Part shown: positions 12,301-25,100 of the stretch, one piece after another
Numbering within the stretch: position 1 is the first letter of the stretch
Layout: the number at the start of each line of letters is the position of its first letter
Assembly (NCBI GenBank): GCA_965112155.1
Contig: OZ218100.1
DNA length: 64,000 bases
Strand: one strand, 5' to 3'
Source: Podarcis liolepis
Lineage: Eukaryota
The notes under the pieces: model-generated
What the model saw: the letters and a program-made list of their open reading frames with translations, nothing else
Databases searched by the model: none
What the model was told of the DNA's origin: nothing
Translations under genes and position numbers: made by a program

Positions 12301-15300
12301 GCTTAGTTGACTGCTCACAAATGCTGACCAACAAACAATATATCTACTGCTGGAACTCTGCCTGGCCTTTGATTATGCCGATATAGGAGCATTGAATTAA
12401 CATCCTTCTAGTTGGTGTACTTTGGTGAGCAGTATGTTCATTTCTAAACTCTAAAGTTTGCAAAGTATAATTTCAGATAATAAAAATGGCAAGATCTTTC
12501 TCAGTTAGTGGCTGATCCATTCCTAAGAACTTCTATTTTTAAACCTCAGATTAAAGCATTTCCTGGATGATTTCATCCAGATAGAAGATTTCACAATCAC
12601 CTGTGGTTTTGCAAACACAGGGTCCAGGCAAATATTATGCAAATTGCACATAACTGTGCAAATTAGTTTCAGTCTACCTCAGAAATTTCTTCCCTGTTGA
12701 TCTCTGGTGCTGAACAAATATTGGATTGCAACAATAAAGATTTCAATAACATTCTGAGCTTGACAGATTGAGGAAGAAAGGATGGAAATTTAGCCATAAA
12801 GTTCCATTTAGAGATTCTATTCATACTATAAGCAGGTGAAATCATTCTTACAATCAAGAACAACTCCAACTTGTGGTTTGTAATCTCTGTCTGTTATCTG
12901 CCAAATTGCGAATGGTTCAGTGGGGGTGTCCGGGAGAAGGCGGAATAACAATATGATAGTGTAAGCCTTTGGTAATCCATCTGGATGAATCTCCCTATTA
13001 AAGAAATCATAGATTACTGCTCATTGAAAATGCATGAAAAAGGCTAAAGAACTCCATAATGTTTCATCTGAAACACAGAAAAGACTGTAGGAAAATGTCA
13101 ACACGCAGACATCTGCATTACAAATTTCACAACAAAATTGTGGTTCACTCAAGATCCAGAACACACAGACCTTTGCTCAGCAGTTGATCACTCGCTCCAC
13201 TCAAACCTCACAAAGACTGATGTACTGAAGTTACAGATAGGTAGCCGTGTTGGTCTGCCATAGTCAAAATAAAAAAATTCCTTCCAGTAGCACCTTAAAG
13301 ACCAACTAAGTTAGTTCTTGGTATGAGCTCATACCAAGAACTAACTTAGTTGGTCTTTAAGGTGCTACTGGAAGGAATTTTTTTATTTTGATGTACTGAA
13401 GAAGATTCAAAAAGAAATTCTGAGAGGGCTACTTTGTATTTAAGACTGAAAGAAGCTCTTGCCAGAAAGGGAGGAAAGGCTTGTTTAAACTTCCCAATAT
13501 TCTTCAGTTTGCCTATTTGACTGCTTTTCCTTCTCACTGTAATGAAAAGCATTATGAATCTGAACTGTTTAGGGCGGGTATATAATTTGATTCTTAATCA
13601 TTCACTAGAACTGTACTAAATTCTAATTTTTCGATAACCAAATGAGATAGCTATCCAGACCATAGACTGAGCCTGTAAGGCAGGTGTGGGGAACTTTTGG
13701 CTCTTCAGATGTTGCTAAACTACAACTCCCACCAGCCCCAGCCCAGTTTCCCCATGCCTGCTGTAAGGGGTAAGAGGCAATGGTGACAGAAACTGCCGTG
13801 TAATCTTCAGGGTCATTAAGCAACAGGACCCTTAGAATTTGCCTGGAGAGGAAAATGAGTAGCAGCAGAAATATTTTGGGGAACTAGCTAGGAATAAGAG
13901 GCTAATGATGACTTCTGGGAAGGAATTCAAAAAGGAGAGCAATTCAGGGAGGGGGGAATCAGATGAAAATAAAGCTATGAATTCCTCTCACTTAGTACAA
14001 TTTGCTCCCCTCAAAAGCTGTGGCTTTGTCTTGGCTATATACAGAGCACTGGCATGTTTCTGTAGGGCTTAGGAGCTGCACCCTCTCCAAACTATGGAAC
14101 TGTTTTATTCTAATAAACCTTCAGAATTCCTCTCCTATTGGCAAATGAGCTGGTGAGTCTGGGTGAAGAATATCTAGCAGCTAGCAATATACTGTATGGA
14201 ACAACTATCATCATGCATCTATAACTAAAAATTTCCCCACCACTAACCACTAATAGCTGAGTTTGAAACTGAATAATTGCAAAAGATTTCAATTGCCATG
14301 TCAATAAAAGCCTGTATAGGGAATGAAGAAACAAACAAACAAACAAACAAAGCCTGTATAGGGAATGAAGAAACTAAACATTTTAAGCAATAAGAAAAGT
14401 GGTACATTGTTTAAGAAAGTTGCTGCAGTTCCTTTTGAGCATATTTCTTAATGTTGCAGACTAAGCAAAATATATCACCCATCATTCCAGAAATTATGTG
14501 TTCCATGTAACCACACACAGTCAACTTTCCCCAGTTAAAAAAAGAAAAGAAGAAAGGTAGCACAGCTTACATTGTGGGTTGGCTAACAAAGGCATTTTTA
14601 TTAATCCTGTATGCCACATAACTTGGGTAGGATCCTGACTGCAAGGAAACGCCTGGTACTGAAGCAAAATACTTCTCCGTTAAGTTGTAAGCTTCCAGCA
14701 TCCTGAAGCCTGTATCATAAAGGAGAACATGTTTTTCATCATTATTATTATGTTCAAAGGGAAAGAGACTTGTGGAATTTAGAAAATGTGAAGACACTTT
14801 ACTAGGCTGGGAAACTGGTGTATAAATTCTTACCAGGAGAAGTGTACCCATCCAAGTACATGAGAGGGCAAGCTGAAACAGAAAAAGAAACATGTCAAAT
14901 GAAATAATGAATGAGCCAGCAGCATTGTTGTTGGAAGGTGCGCAGGGTTACTGCAGAATCTCCTCCTTTGGAAGTTTTCAGAGTGAGACTAGACAAGCTT
15001 ATATATCGCAGATGCTTTGCCTGGTATTCTAAGAGTTTCAGCATGCACCTAATAAGCTGTTGTGTGTACATGGGGCTTTCTGTTGATATTCCCTTTCCAG
15101 CGTAGCCCATCTCACGGCATCAGAGGACAATCTGGACACCCCTCTTCATTAAGAGCAGATTTCTGCGGAGGAGGCATGAGGGAATGTGCTAGAAAGGATG
15201 GTACTGAAAAGAATGCATACAGTTGTATCTAATTGTGTCCCTCCACTCATGGAAGGCTCTTTGATCACTAGAATCCAATAGCTAAATTTATTCTTAAGAA

Positions 15301-18300
15301 GATTACAGAGAAGAGTGGCATTTGACTTACTTGAGGTAGCTGTCTCACAAACAAAGGTGATGAGGTTATCCTCAATCTTTTCAAAAGCATCAAAGTCATC
15401 AACTATAAAGACATGGCGTTCACTGGGTTTGCTGGCGATCTTGGCCAGTTCATGGTAATCAACATCAGCCACACCAATAACAAAGACACTGAAACCTGCA
15501 AAATAGTATGGATTGAGTTAGTGTTGTTACAAGTATATTTCTACATGTTCTTCTCAAAGATAACATCTAAGCAATCTGTTATGAGGGGATGACATACAAC
15601 TCAAGGGAGATGTGTAAAGTGTGTACGTTTATCGTTTCCTTTTTAAAAAAGAAAACATCATATCCTGAAGAGGGTAAGTGACTAAATCTGTGGTGCAGGT
15701 AGATATTTCTATAAATAAATGTTCAAATAAAAATCTTACATGTACAACAGAGTTTACCCAGGGTGAAATCCAACACTGCTTGAACAGATTTCCACTTGCA
15801 CTACGTGGCTTCCCCTTCCTCCCAAATCTTCTTCAAAGGATCCCCTGATGTGCAAGTGGAAATCTGCCCTCCTTGTACATGAACAGCACTGGATTCAGTC
15901 CACTGCAAAGTGATACTGGATAAATTGGTTTACAGATATCAGACTCTCGAATGTTCACTGATTATTTGAACTGTGTATATTACAGCCTTCCTAACAATAC
16001 AGAATCTGACATTTGACGAAGTTAGCGGAATTATAGTTGTACGAAGTTATGGTACATAAAAGCAACTTACCAGAATGTTGTATGACAGCTGCAGCTTTCC
16101 TCACTTCATCCTGTGACCGGCCATCAGTTACAACAACAAGTACCTTGGGAACTCCTTTCCTCATACCACTTTCCCATGTCAAGACCTTATCTTTGATAAA
16201 TGTAAGTGCTTTGCCTGCAGATGGTGAAACAAAATTCATTGCGGTGATCGAACGAAAATGATAATCTTAGCAGCACACACATTAACATTGGAATGAAATT
16301 AAAAGGTTGTATCCAACTAAGTTATACTCAAAGCAGACTGACAGAAATTAATGTGCCTAAGTTAGTCATGTCCATTATTTTCAATGGCTGAACTTTGGAC
16401 TCAGCTATACAGCTGCAAATAACATGTTTTAAGTGTGTTGTAAAGTGCATTATACAAATGTGGCACTAGATGGCGATGGTGAGCTATGGCAAATTCAATA
16501 TATTTTTCAAAACTTTTTTAAAAAACAGCATTTTCACTTCTTTTTCTATGTGTCTAGATTCCACATCTGAGTAGGACTGACATTGGATACAATCCCAAGT
16601 CTGTGAAGCATAGAGACCATGTTTATTTTTTTAAAAAAACTGAACTTAAATCCTCCCACAAGTACCTGTTTTTGTGTTCCCTCCTCTATACCGAATATTC
16701 TGAATTGCTCCTAGTGCTTGTGCCTTATCATCATATGTATTCAAATGGAACTCAGACTTTGGATCATCACTGTATTGCACCAAAGAAACCTGAAACAGAA
16801 AATTAAATCTGGCATTAATGGAATGAATGCTCCAACAATGCAATTTTGTTCAATACCACGGGGGGAGGGGAGTGGGGGTACAGGAAATATTAATGAAGGA
16901 TTTGGCACATATAATAATGATTTAGTCCATGATTTGGAAGATGTGGGTGTGGTTGTCAGTTAAGCAGTCTGCATCACATACAGGCTTACCTGCTTACTGG
17001 CAGTTATTACATGCATGTGATGAAAGGGTTTTTCAAACAGCCAAGCTGTCATTTGCAAGGTATGGTTTCTACAGTCTAACAAGCATTTCACCATACTACA
17101 AAGTAAAGGAAGCACACACATACACCCCACACTGCTGAAAATCAGGCCACCCAAACTTTGAATGGCTTGCAAGTAGGAAAAAAAATAAGAGCCAACCCAC
17201 CAAGGACAGAGTGGCAATTTGTCCAGGGTAGAAGGGTGTAAAGGGCAAAATGTAGCAAAATATTGTGCACCTGTGCTACTCTTTTAAAGAATATTCAATC
17301 CTATGAGGGTCAGAATCAGTTTTGCCTCAAGCTAGTCAGTTTTGCCATTTGTTGAGGGTGGGGAAACTGAAGGTCTAGTGAATTGACTAATGCAAGGATA
17401 ACAAATGTGGTACCTTGCAGATGCTGAGGACTGCAACTCCCATCATCTCAGACTACTGGCAATGGTGACTGTGGCCATTAGGGAAGCATAAGTGTCTCCC
17501 TCTTACTGTATCTTCATCCCCGGAATCAGCAAAATGCCCATCCATGAGCTGGAGAACACCTATGATCCACGCTTTTATGGTCATGGAAAGGGGATGATGC
17601 AATCCATAGTGCAAGCATGAAGACAGAATCTGGAAACATGGGCTACAGACTGAATCACTTTTCTAGCTTTGGTTGAAATTTAAATCTAGCAGCTTCTTTT
17701 AAGAATCTTTAAAGTCTTGGCTTCTCTTGTTTATTACTGGACAGGAAGAATAGACAAACCTGAATTCCAGCAGGGTTGATTCGGTCAAAGGCTCCAACTG
17801 TATTAAAAACGAATTTCAGCACTTTGTGGAAATTGTCATCTCCAATACTCCAGGAAGCATCAGTCAAGAAGACTATATCTGCTTTGGCTCCCTTGCATAC
17901 TGAAAAGTTCATTGGATTCAGTTAAGTCATCTGACACATACAGAATAATTAAGGACACTGAGATGATAATTTGAAGAACAGCATGTGTCAAGCTTTTCAA
18001 TGTAACATATAGAATACATCTAAAAAACCATTCCCCCCCATTGGAATTTATGAAAAATACATTCAAAGGCTCAAATGCACCAAACATGTTTATAGAACTC
18101 AGACTAAGAACGCAAACATGAATGCTCTGGAAACGTAAAAGACAAGGGAATATATGGGAAGAGTCAAATACAGTTTTAAGCAGAACTTACTTCTCTGTTC
18201 ACAAGCTAATATGAGTGCCCTAAATTATAGTAACATCAGAGCCTTTAGTCAACAGTACTCTCAAAGTCCTGCTTTCATAGACATGGCAGAAATAAGATAA

Positions 18301-21300
18301 ATGCTTTTGCAAGCACTTACCATCCCGAGCAGGTGGGATTGTTGGAGGAGGAGGGGGAGTTGGTGGCTGAGTTGGTGGTTCTGTTGGCTTGATCACTAAA
18401 ACAAAAATATTGAATTAAAATATTTTACATATTCAATATTCTTAACTTTGTGAGTTGAAATTAGTAATATCCACTGCAGAGAAATACAACTGATAGACGT
18501 TCATTTGGTTGCAACTTAACTGACACGTCCATCTTTAAGAAAATAAACTTCTATTGTTCTTCGTATGCACACAAAGAGATAAGAGAGGCAGTGTGTTAAA
18601 ATCATTTGTAGTTCACCTTTTGTACCCAAAGCACTCTAATCATCCCACCTGGGACTGCAAAATCCTGGCAGGAGGTCAAGAAGTGCCAAGCACCTGGCTG
18701 GCAACAATACATGATTGGTGAAAGATTTTCAGACAAGAGAAGGTTAGAATCCAAAAGTTTTAGGATCCCACCCCCATGAAAAATATATCTGTTGCCCAAT
18801 TCATGCATGAAATCTCACAAATAGGAAACAAAGGAAAACTAGATTCTGCCTGATAGCTCAGTCAATAGAACATGAGACTCTTAATTTCAGGGTCTTGGGT
18901 TCAAGCCCCAAGTTGGGCAAAAGATTTCTATAGGGGGACTAGATGACCCTCGGGGTCCCTCCCAATTCTACAATTCTAGGATTCCATGATTCCTTAAAAA
19001 TACTACAGTGTTTTTACAAGCTCAAGAATGATAATATCTCCAAGCACAATTACTTTGACCACATTCATCCAACGTACTTTAAATCAACATTACCACCACT
19101 ACTACTCTTATTGTTATCTGCCACCTACATGTTCGTTCTCTTGTAGACACCGGAGGCCCCTCAAGGTTTGGAGTCTGAACAAACACAGTAGCATCATACT
19201 CTGTGTCTGGTGAAAGGCCAGTGAAACAGTGACTGGTTTCTGTTCCACGCACTGTAATTTCTTGCCCTCTGGATCCTGCAAATAAGTAAAATAATGACTT
19301 TTAAATGCTTAGAACGTAGAAGCTTATGAATGCTTGCTGAATGGCTGAAAGCAGAAAACTAAAGTACATATAGCAAAGAAGGGAATGGTTGCATCAATGG
19401 AGTGTTTTGCTTAGCTTCCAGAACTTTTGGAAGTTTGGAGCATCTGGATTGCAGGCGGGTACATAACAGTGCCAGGATACGAAAAGGGAAAGGTGTGGAA
19501 CAACTGATCTCCATAACAACAGAGGAGAAGGATGCTTAGTTGGCCTTTGATCTGCCCTAGTGTTTCTTAATGCCCACATGTACCACATTTGTGAAAAATA
19601 CTTTTCTTGTTTTGTAGTAGAGATACTGTGGGAGTAGCTGTGCTATAAAATTATATATTCATACCCTGCAACAAACAGGAGGGGCATATGTAATAATGGG
19701 AAAGAGATATTATCCATACTACTCAGCTACTAAACTCTCGAGGAGCAAAAATTATTTAAATGAAGGACAACTATGGAATAGCCTGAGGCAGAATATGTTG
19801 AAAGGAGGGGAACAAGAGGAGCATAACACTTCCTATAAGCAATCAAACACTAGTACTGTTTTACGGAGAGCTACAGGTATTTGCCCCAAGTGTTCCTGCT
19901 GCCTCCAGCCTTTCAATGATCAAGATCTCTAATGAGATCATCTGCCATATCCCTGGATGGGAACACAACCCATTTGTTATCCATTTTCAGAGGAACCTAG
20001 GGATGCAAGAAATGACAGTAGGGGTCTGTGAGAGGCACACTGACAGGAAATTCCTTGCTCTTCAAGGTTTAGGTGGAAATGTGTTACAGTCTTCACATTA
20101 GTTGCATGCACAACCCAATATATATATATTTACCATCAGCTGGATTTAGCTTCAGTCTGTAAGAAGTAGCTGCCCGATGAGCTGTCCATTTGATGCAGAA
20201 AGTGTCCCATCCCACATTATAACTTGTTAGGTCAGTGACATTTAAATACACTGCAAAGTATGAAAGAAAAATTTCCATGAACTACAAGATGAAAGCTAAA
20301 AGCAAATTATGAAACTATGATGAATGTCTTTATTCTTAAAATATCACTTATTCTACCACAAGTAATAGGATATTGAACTCACACTGCAACTAATAGGTAC
20401 TGTATGTGTACTGAGGGGAGGCAAGAATCACATTTTCTCAGCAACAGCAAGTTGCAGTTTTAGTAACTGGGGTGTGTGATTTTATGATAATGAAAAATGT
20501 ATTTGCATCCCTAACATAAAGAATGGTGTTAGGTTCCTACACAGTAACCAAGAACTGCACATTTCCTGAACAATGCCATGTTTCTCTGAAAGCCCATCAT
20601 AATCCTCCAACACTACCTGTCCCATGGGGTAGGCATGCTCTAACTAATGGAATCTCCCATCTGAGGTTATTTTTCTCCCAGAAAAGGCTCCTCTGTGTTA
20701 ATATACAGTGAAACCAAAAGCATGAAAAGTAGTCTTACATGTAGTGCCTTGATCGACCAGAGGTGCACTGAGTCCAGAATCATACTGAGCATAAACATTA
20801 ACATCATAGGAAGTACTAGGAGACAGGTTGTGCAATGTATATGAAGTCACATCTCCAACAAACACCTCCATGGGCTCATTGGTACCTTAAAAGAAAAAAT
20901 GAATTTTCATTTGCCTTAATAAGAGCAGATCTCCAAGAGGCTCAGAGAGAAGACTCATTTTCACATTTATATCAGTCACATTCTCATAGTGTTTAAGTCT
21001 TGAAATGAACCAATATTAAATAATGTCAAGTGTACTTGAATATCTTAAGCTTATCCTTACCAACAGGTTTGTAGACAATTTTGTACCCAAGAACAGGAGA
21101 TGGTGAAGGATCCCAGGCAACTCTGAACCGTGTGTACCATTCATCTGAAATGCGTATGTTCTGAGGTGAAAGCAACCCAACTGAAGAAGACAAAAATTGA
21201 GTATAAAGTTAGAATGCAGAATGGTAGCATAAAATGTTATTTCTATGCCTGTATGACATCTAGCAGAGGAATGGATTGGGCAGTGATAGTGATTAAATAA

Positions 21301-22113
21301 CCCAAGGTGTTCACAAAGATCCAGGTTATGGTTGTAATTCTGCCATGTCTCTGTGCTGGGACATTCAATCTTTCCCTATGCAGACACACAGCATTTCATG
21401 TCGCATGTGCAAATATTTGAGGAACGCTGAGATAGGATCTCAAACGAAGGTCAATTTGGCAAATATCAACCATGGCAGCAACTCCTCTACCACTACTTCT
21501 GGGGGGGCGGGACAGTTAAGGACCATTTGCACCTCAGTTGTTGCATATTATTTAACAGCACCTCAGATGTACCTGTTTTTCCATTTCCTGTCAACTGTCC
21601 ACCATCTCCATCTTCATAAACTGCCACAACGGTAATTTTGTAGGGTGTATCTGACTGCAAAGGCTGTAGCAACACATTATTTCTTCTGCCAGGCACTGTT
21701 GTCTGGAACATAATGGGAATCGAGTAAATGCTGTAGAACTGTAAATTGCTCAAAGCTGTAGTAGTACAACTTGGAGTTCTACTCCACACTGAACAAGCAG
21801 CTATGCTTTTATTCATAGGTTCCATAAAGCCCATTAGCAAGGTTCCATTCACATAAAACACTCCTGCTGAGGGAAGGGGTACATGGCATTCTTTTATTCC
21901 CCATATCTCTTGAAGCTCCTTATACAGTGCATATGGGGAGCTTCTGGAACAATTTGGAAGGTGGCACAGGGGAAAATGGAGAGCATCATTTCTGTCATCT
22001 CCAGCCTTCACTAGCAGAAGGATCTGATCCTACTATGAATGAAGGGCAGTTCTGGATCCAAACCAATGCATGGGCAGGGGGGATAGGAAATATTTTCACT
22101 GTAATATTTATAT

Positions 22114-22145
<32 letters not shown>

Positions 22146-25100
22146 ATTATTTTCATTTCTATTTCTTTTCTAAAGTAAAAAGAACACAAAAGGAAAAGGA
22201 TGATGAGCACATGGATTTGTATAATAAAGATACATTTTTTAAATAATAATTTTAGCCCCATCAAAATTAGTCTGCCTAGGGTAATAGATGGGACATTAAT
22301 TTATGATATTTATATTTTAAAATGCCATTGTAATGTGGATAAAATGATGTTTGTTACCAATGGGAATTTTTTTAGAGCAGCATCTGGCAACACTCAAGTA
22401 TATTGCCAAACATGTCTGGCACACGTCCAGGAAACCAAAGCCTTTCTTTCAAGGATAGCCCAACATCCATTTATATGAACAAACTGCATGTGGGGGAAGG
22501 TACTACTGTTGTACATGCACATTTAGAGAAAGAATGGCAAAATAGCAACTAGTAGAGAGTGGCGGCAGACCAGAAAACCCTTTGGGATGGTGCAGTGAGC
22601 CTCCAATGTATGTAACAACTACAGTTTCTTTTGGCATGTGAAAATAACAGGACTGTGTAGAAAAATCAGTATACAGCCTGCAACCAGGGGCTGATGCAGG
22701 AAGAGAATGCAGAAGTACAGTAGAACCAACTAGTTCTGTCCTGTATACATGTGACTAAGCCCTACTTATTTCCATACTCAGATTACTTTTCTAGATCTGC
22801 ACCTTTGTTAGAAAAACAGCAGATGTGGGAGGAAAATGCATGTTTTAAGGACTGGGGAGTTGTGACAGTAAACTATTCACCAGTTTGGAATGCAAAGTGG
22901 AAGCGGGGATTGAATTCACAATTCAATCATCCTTCATCCCTGTTCCTTCATCCCTCTCAACCAGATAATCACACTACCATGGCTGTACTGTACTGTACTG
23001 TCTTGACTGGCAGCAGGGAAGGGTAGCAGACAAGCAGTTGATGAGACTATCTGTGGATCAAGTCTAGTAACTGCATTTTGTAAATTGTTTCCTTCAAAAT
23101 ATATTTAAGACAATGGTTTGAAGAAGAAGTGACAACTCCTGTCCTTAGCTGTTTGTCTGAATGGAAACAGAATGGCAGAGAATGTGAGGACCATATCTCT
23201 GCTTCTGGTGAGAAACTGGTGGTCTGGAATAACTCCATCCAATTCAGTAGAACAAGCATTACACAAGCATTTGATCTAAAATGTGTAAGACAGAGACAGC
23301 CCTGGAAGAAAGTAGGGCTGTATACATACTCCCATTAGTTCTGCATTCTCTGTACTCCCAATAGTAGTCTGGGAAGCATTGTACACATGATAGCCAAAGT
23401 CCATATATATCCTAGATCTATCCTGTTGTTTCTTATGTAATACTGAGGTTTGATATACTCTGCTCCAAATCAGCTTTGATCGGAACTAAGAACAAGACCC
23501 AGCCTAGCTACATTTTAAGACAGTAATAAGTACACAGCCCAGATGAAAAAAGATGAGAATTGTGGAGGGTAAGGGGTGGGAACCATCATAAGTAATATTT
23601 AAATGTGATGGTTAAAATGTCCTCTGGATAGTTCATATTTATTTCTTCATGTTTCTGGGAAGATTTGCCTATAATTCCCCCCCCCCCAAGTGAGTGAAAT
23701 TCCAATGGTGAAATGGAGAGCACCATTTCTTTATTGCATGAGCACCATTTTCAGTACAATGTGCTTTCCGTATAATGCCGTTGTAGCAAAATATATTATC
23801 ATTCAGAAGTAAGTAACCATCATGAACAATTAGGTGGTGTTTTTATAGGCTGAACTAAGTTTCCACAGAAGTCAGAAGAAGTCATGCCATCAACCTCCCT
23901 ATGGGGAAATAATTTGGCTGCACTGTGCATCTCTAAGAGAATTCCGCAGGCATTCACCGAAGTTGTGCTGCCAAATAAGGAGAAGGAAGTTCACTTGCAA
24001 ATTATAAAAATCTTGGCAGAACTCCAAAAAAAGGAAAAAAAGATCAAAGCTGCAGACTGCCAATACCGCTCATAATAGTCAGATACATGATGGTCATTAG
24101 ACACAGATGACAATTAAGGTTGCTCTCTGTTGATCTCCCCAACTGCATAGAGCAGGCTCACAGAAATATATAGCTCCACAAAAGAGGGATGTGTACTGTA
24201 AGGCCAGTTAGAAATTGTCAAAGGAAACCAAGGTTGTACTTAAGATACAATCCAACACAGAGTTCAGCAAACTTAAGTCCATTAGTATCAATGATCTTAA
24301 ACATGTCAAAAGACCTTGTGTATGCTTAAATCTGCACTGGATTGTACCAAAAAGCTCTGTACAGACAAATGTTGCTCAGAATAAAGTTTACCACTTGCTG
24401 CTAAGGAAGTACTAATTCCATTTCAGTAGTCTGGTATCTATGCAAAATACGGAAAGAAGAGGGAGGAGCTTTGCTACACCATAAGAAACCTGTGCATTTA
24501 TTTTTCTAACTAATGAGGAAATGTTTAGATAGAGGAAAGAGTGTACTCTGTCCAAAGGAGGACACATTCTGGGAGAGGGGAATATTCTTGAAAGGGTGTG
24601 CCTTTACTGTGGGTGGGCAAGGACTACTGAGCTCAGGCCTGGTGCTCAAAACAAGCTCAAAGGTTTGGAATTCTTGAATTCTTTTTCACATCGCTCTGGT
24701 GGGTGGATCTTATGGCTTCGGTAAAAAAACAAAAAACAAAGTAAATCCCCCCTAGATTTGCTTTTGTAGTACCACTAAAGCATGTCAAATATCAGAGATA
24801 TCCCCGGGGGAAAATGAAATAATGAATGTGTACACTGAAGGGTAAAGGAAACACCTCCATAGATGACTATTGTCTGTACACAGACTATACACACTATGGT
24901 TTGGCTAATTGCACATGTTCATATTTTTGCAAACAGCAGACAAGGAATGTATTTTTCAATCCATCAATACCTATGGGACAGGAAAATGCAAGCTTACAAA
25001 GTAGAACAAAATGATTCAATAGGAATGTAAACATGCAGAATCCCTGATAAACTGACTTCCTCTGGAAGCTAAAGCCAAAAATACTTAAACTGAAGTAAAT

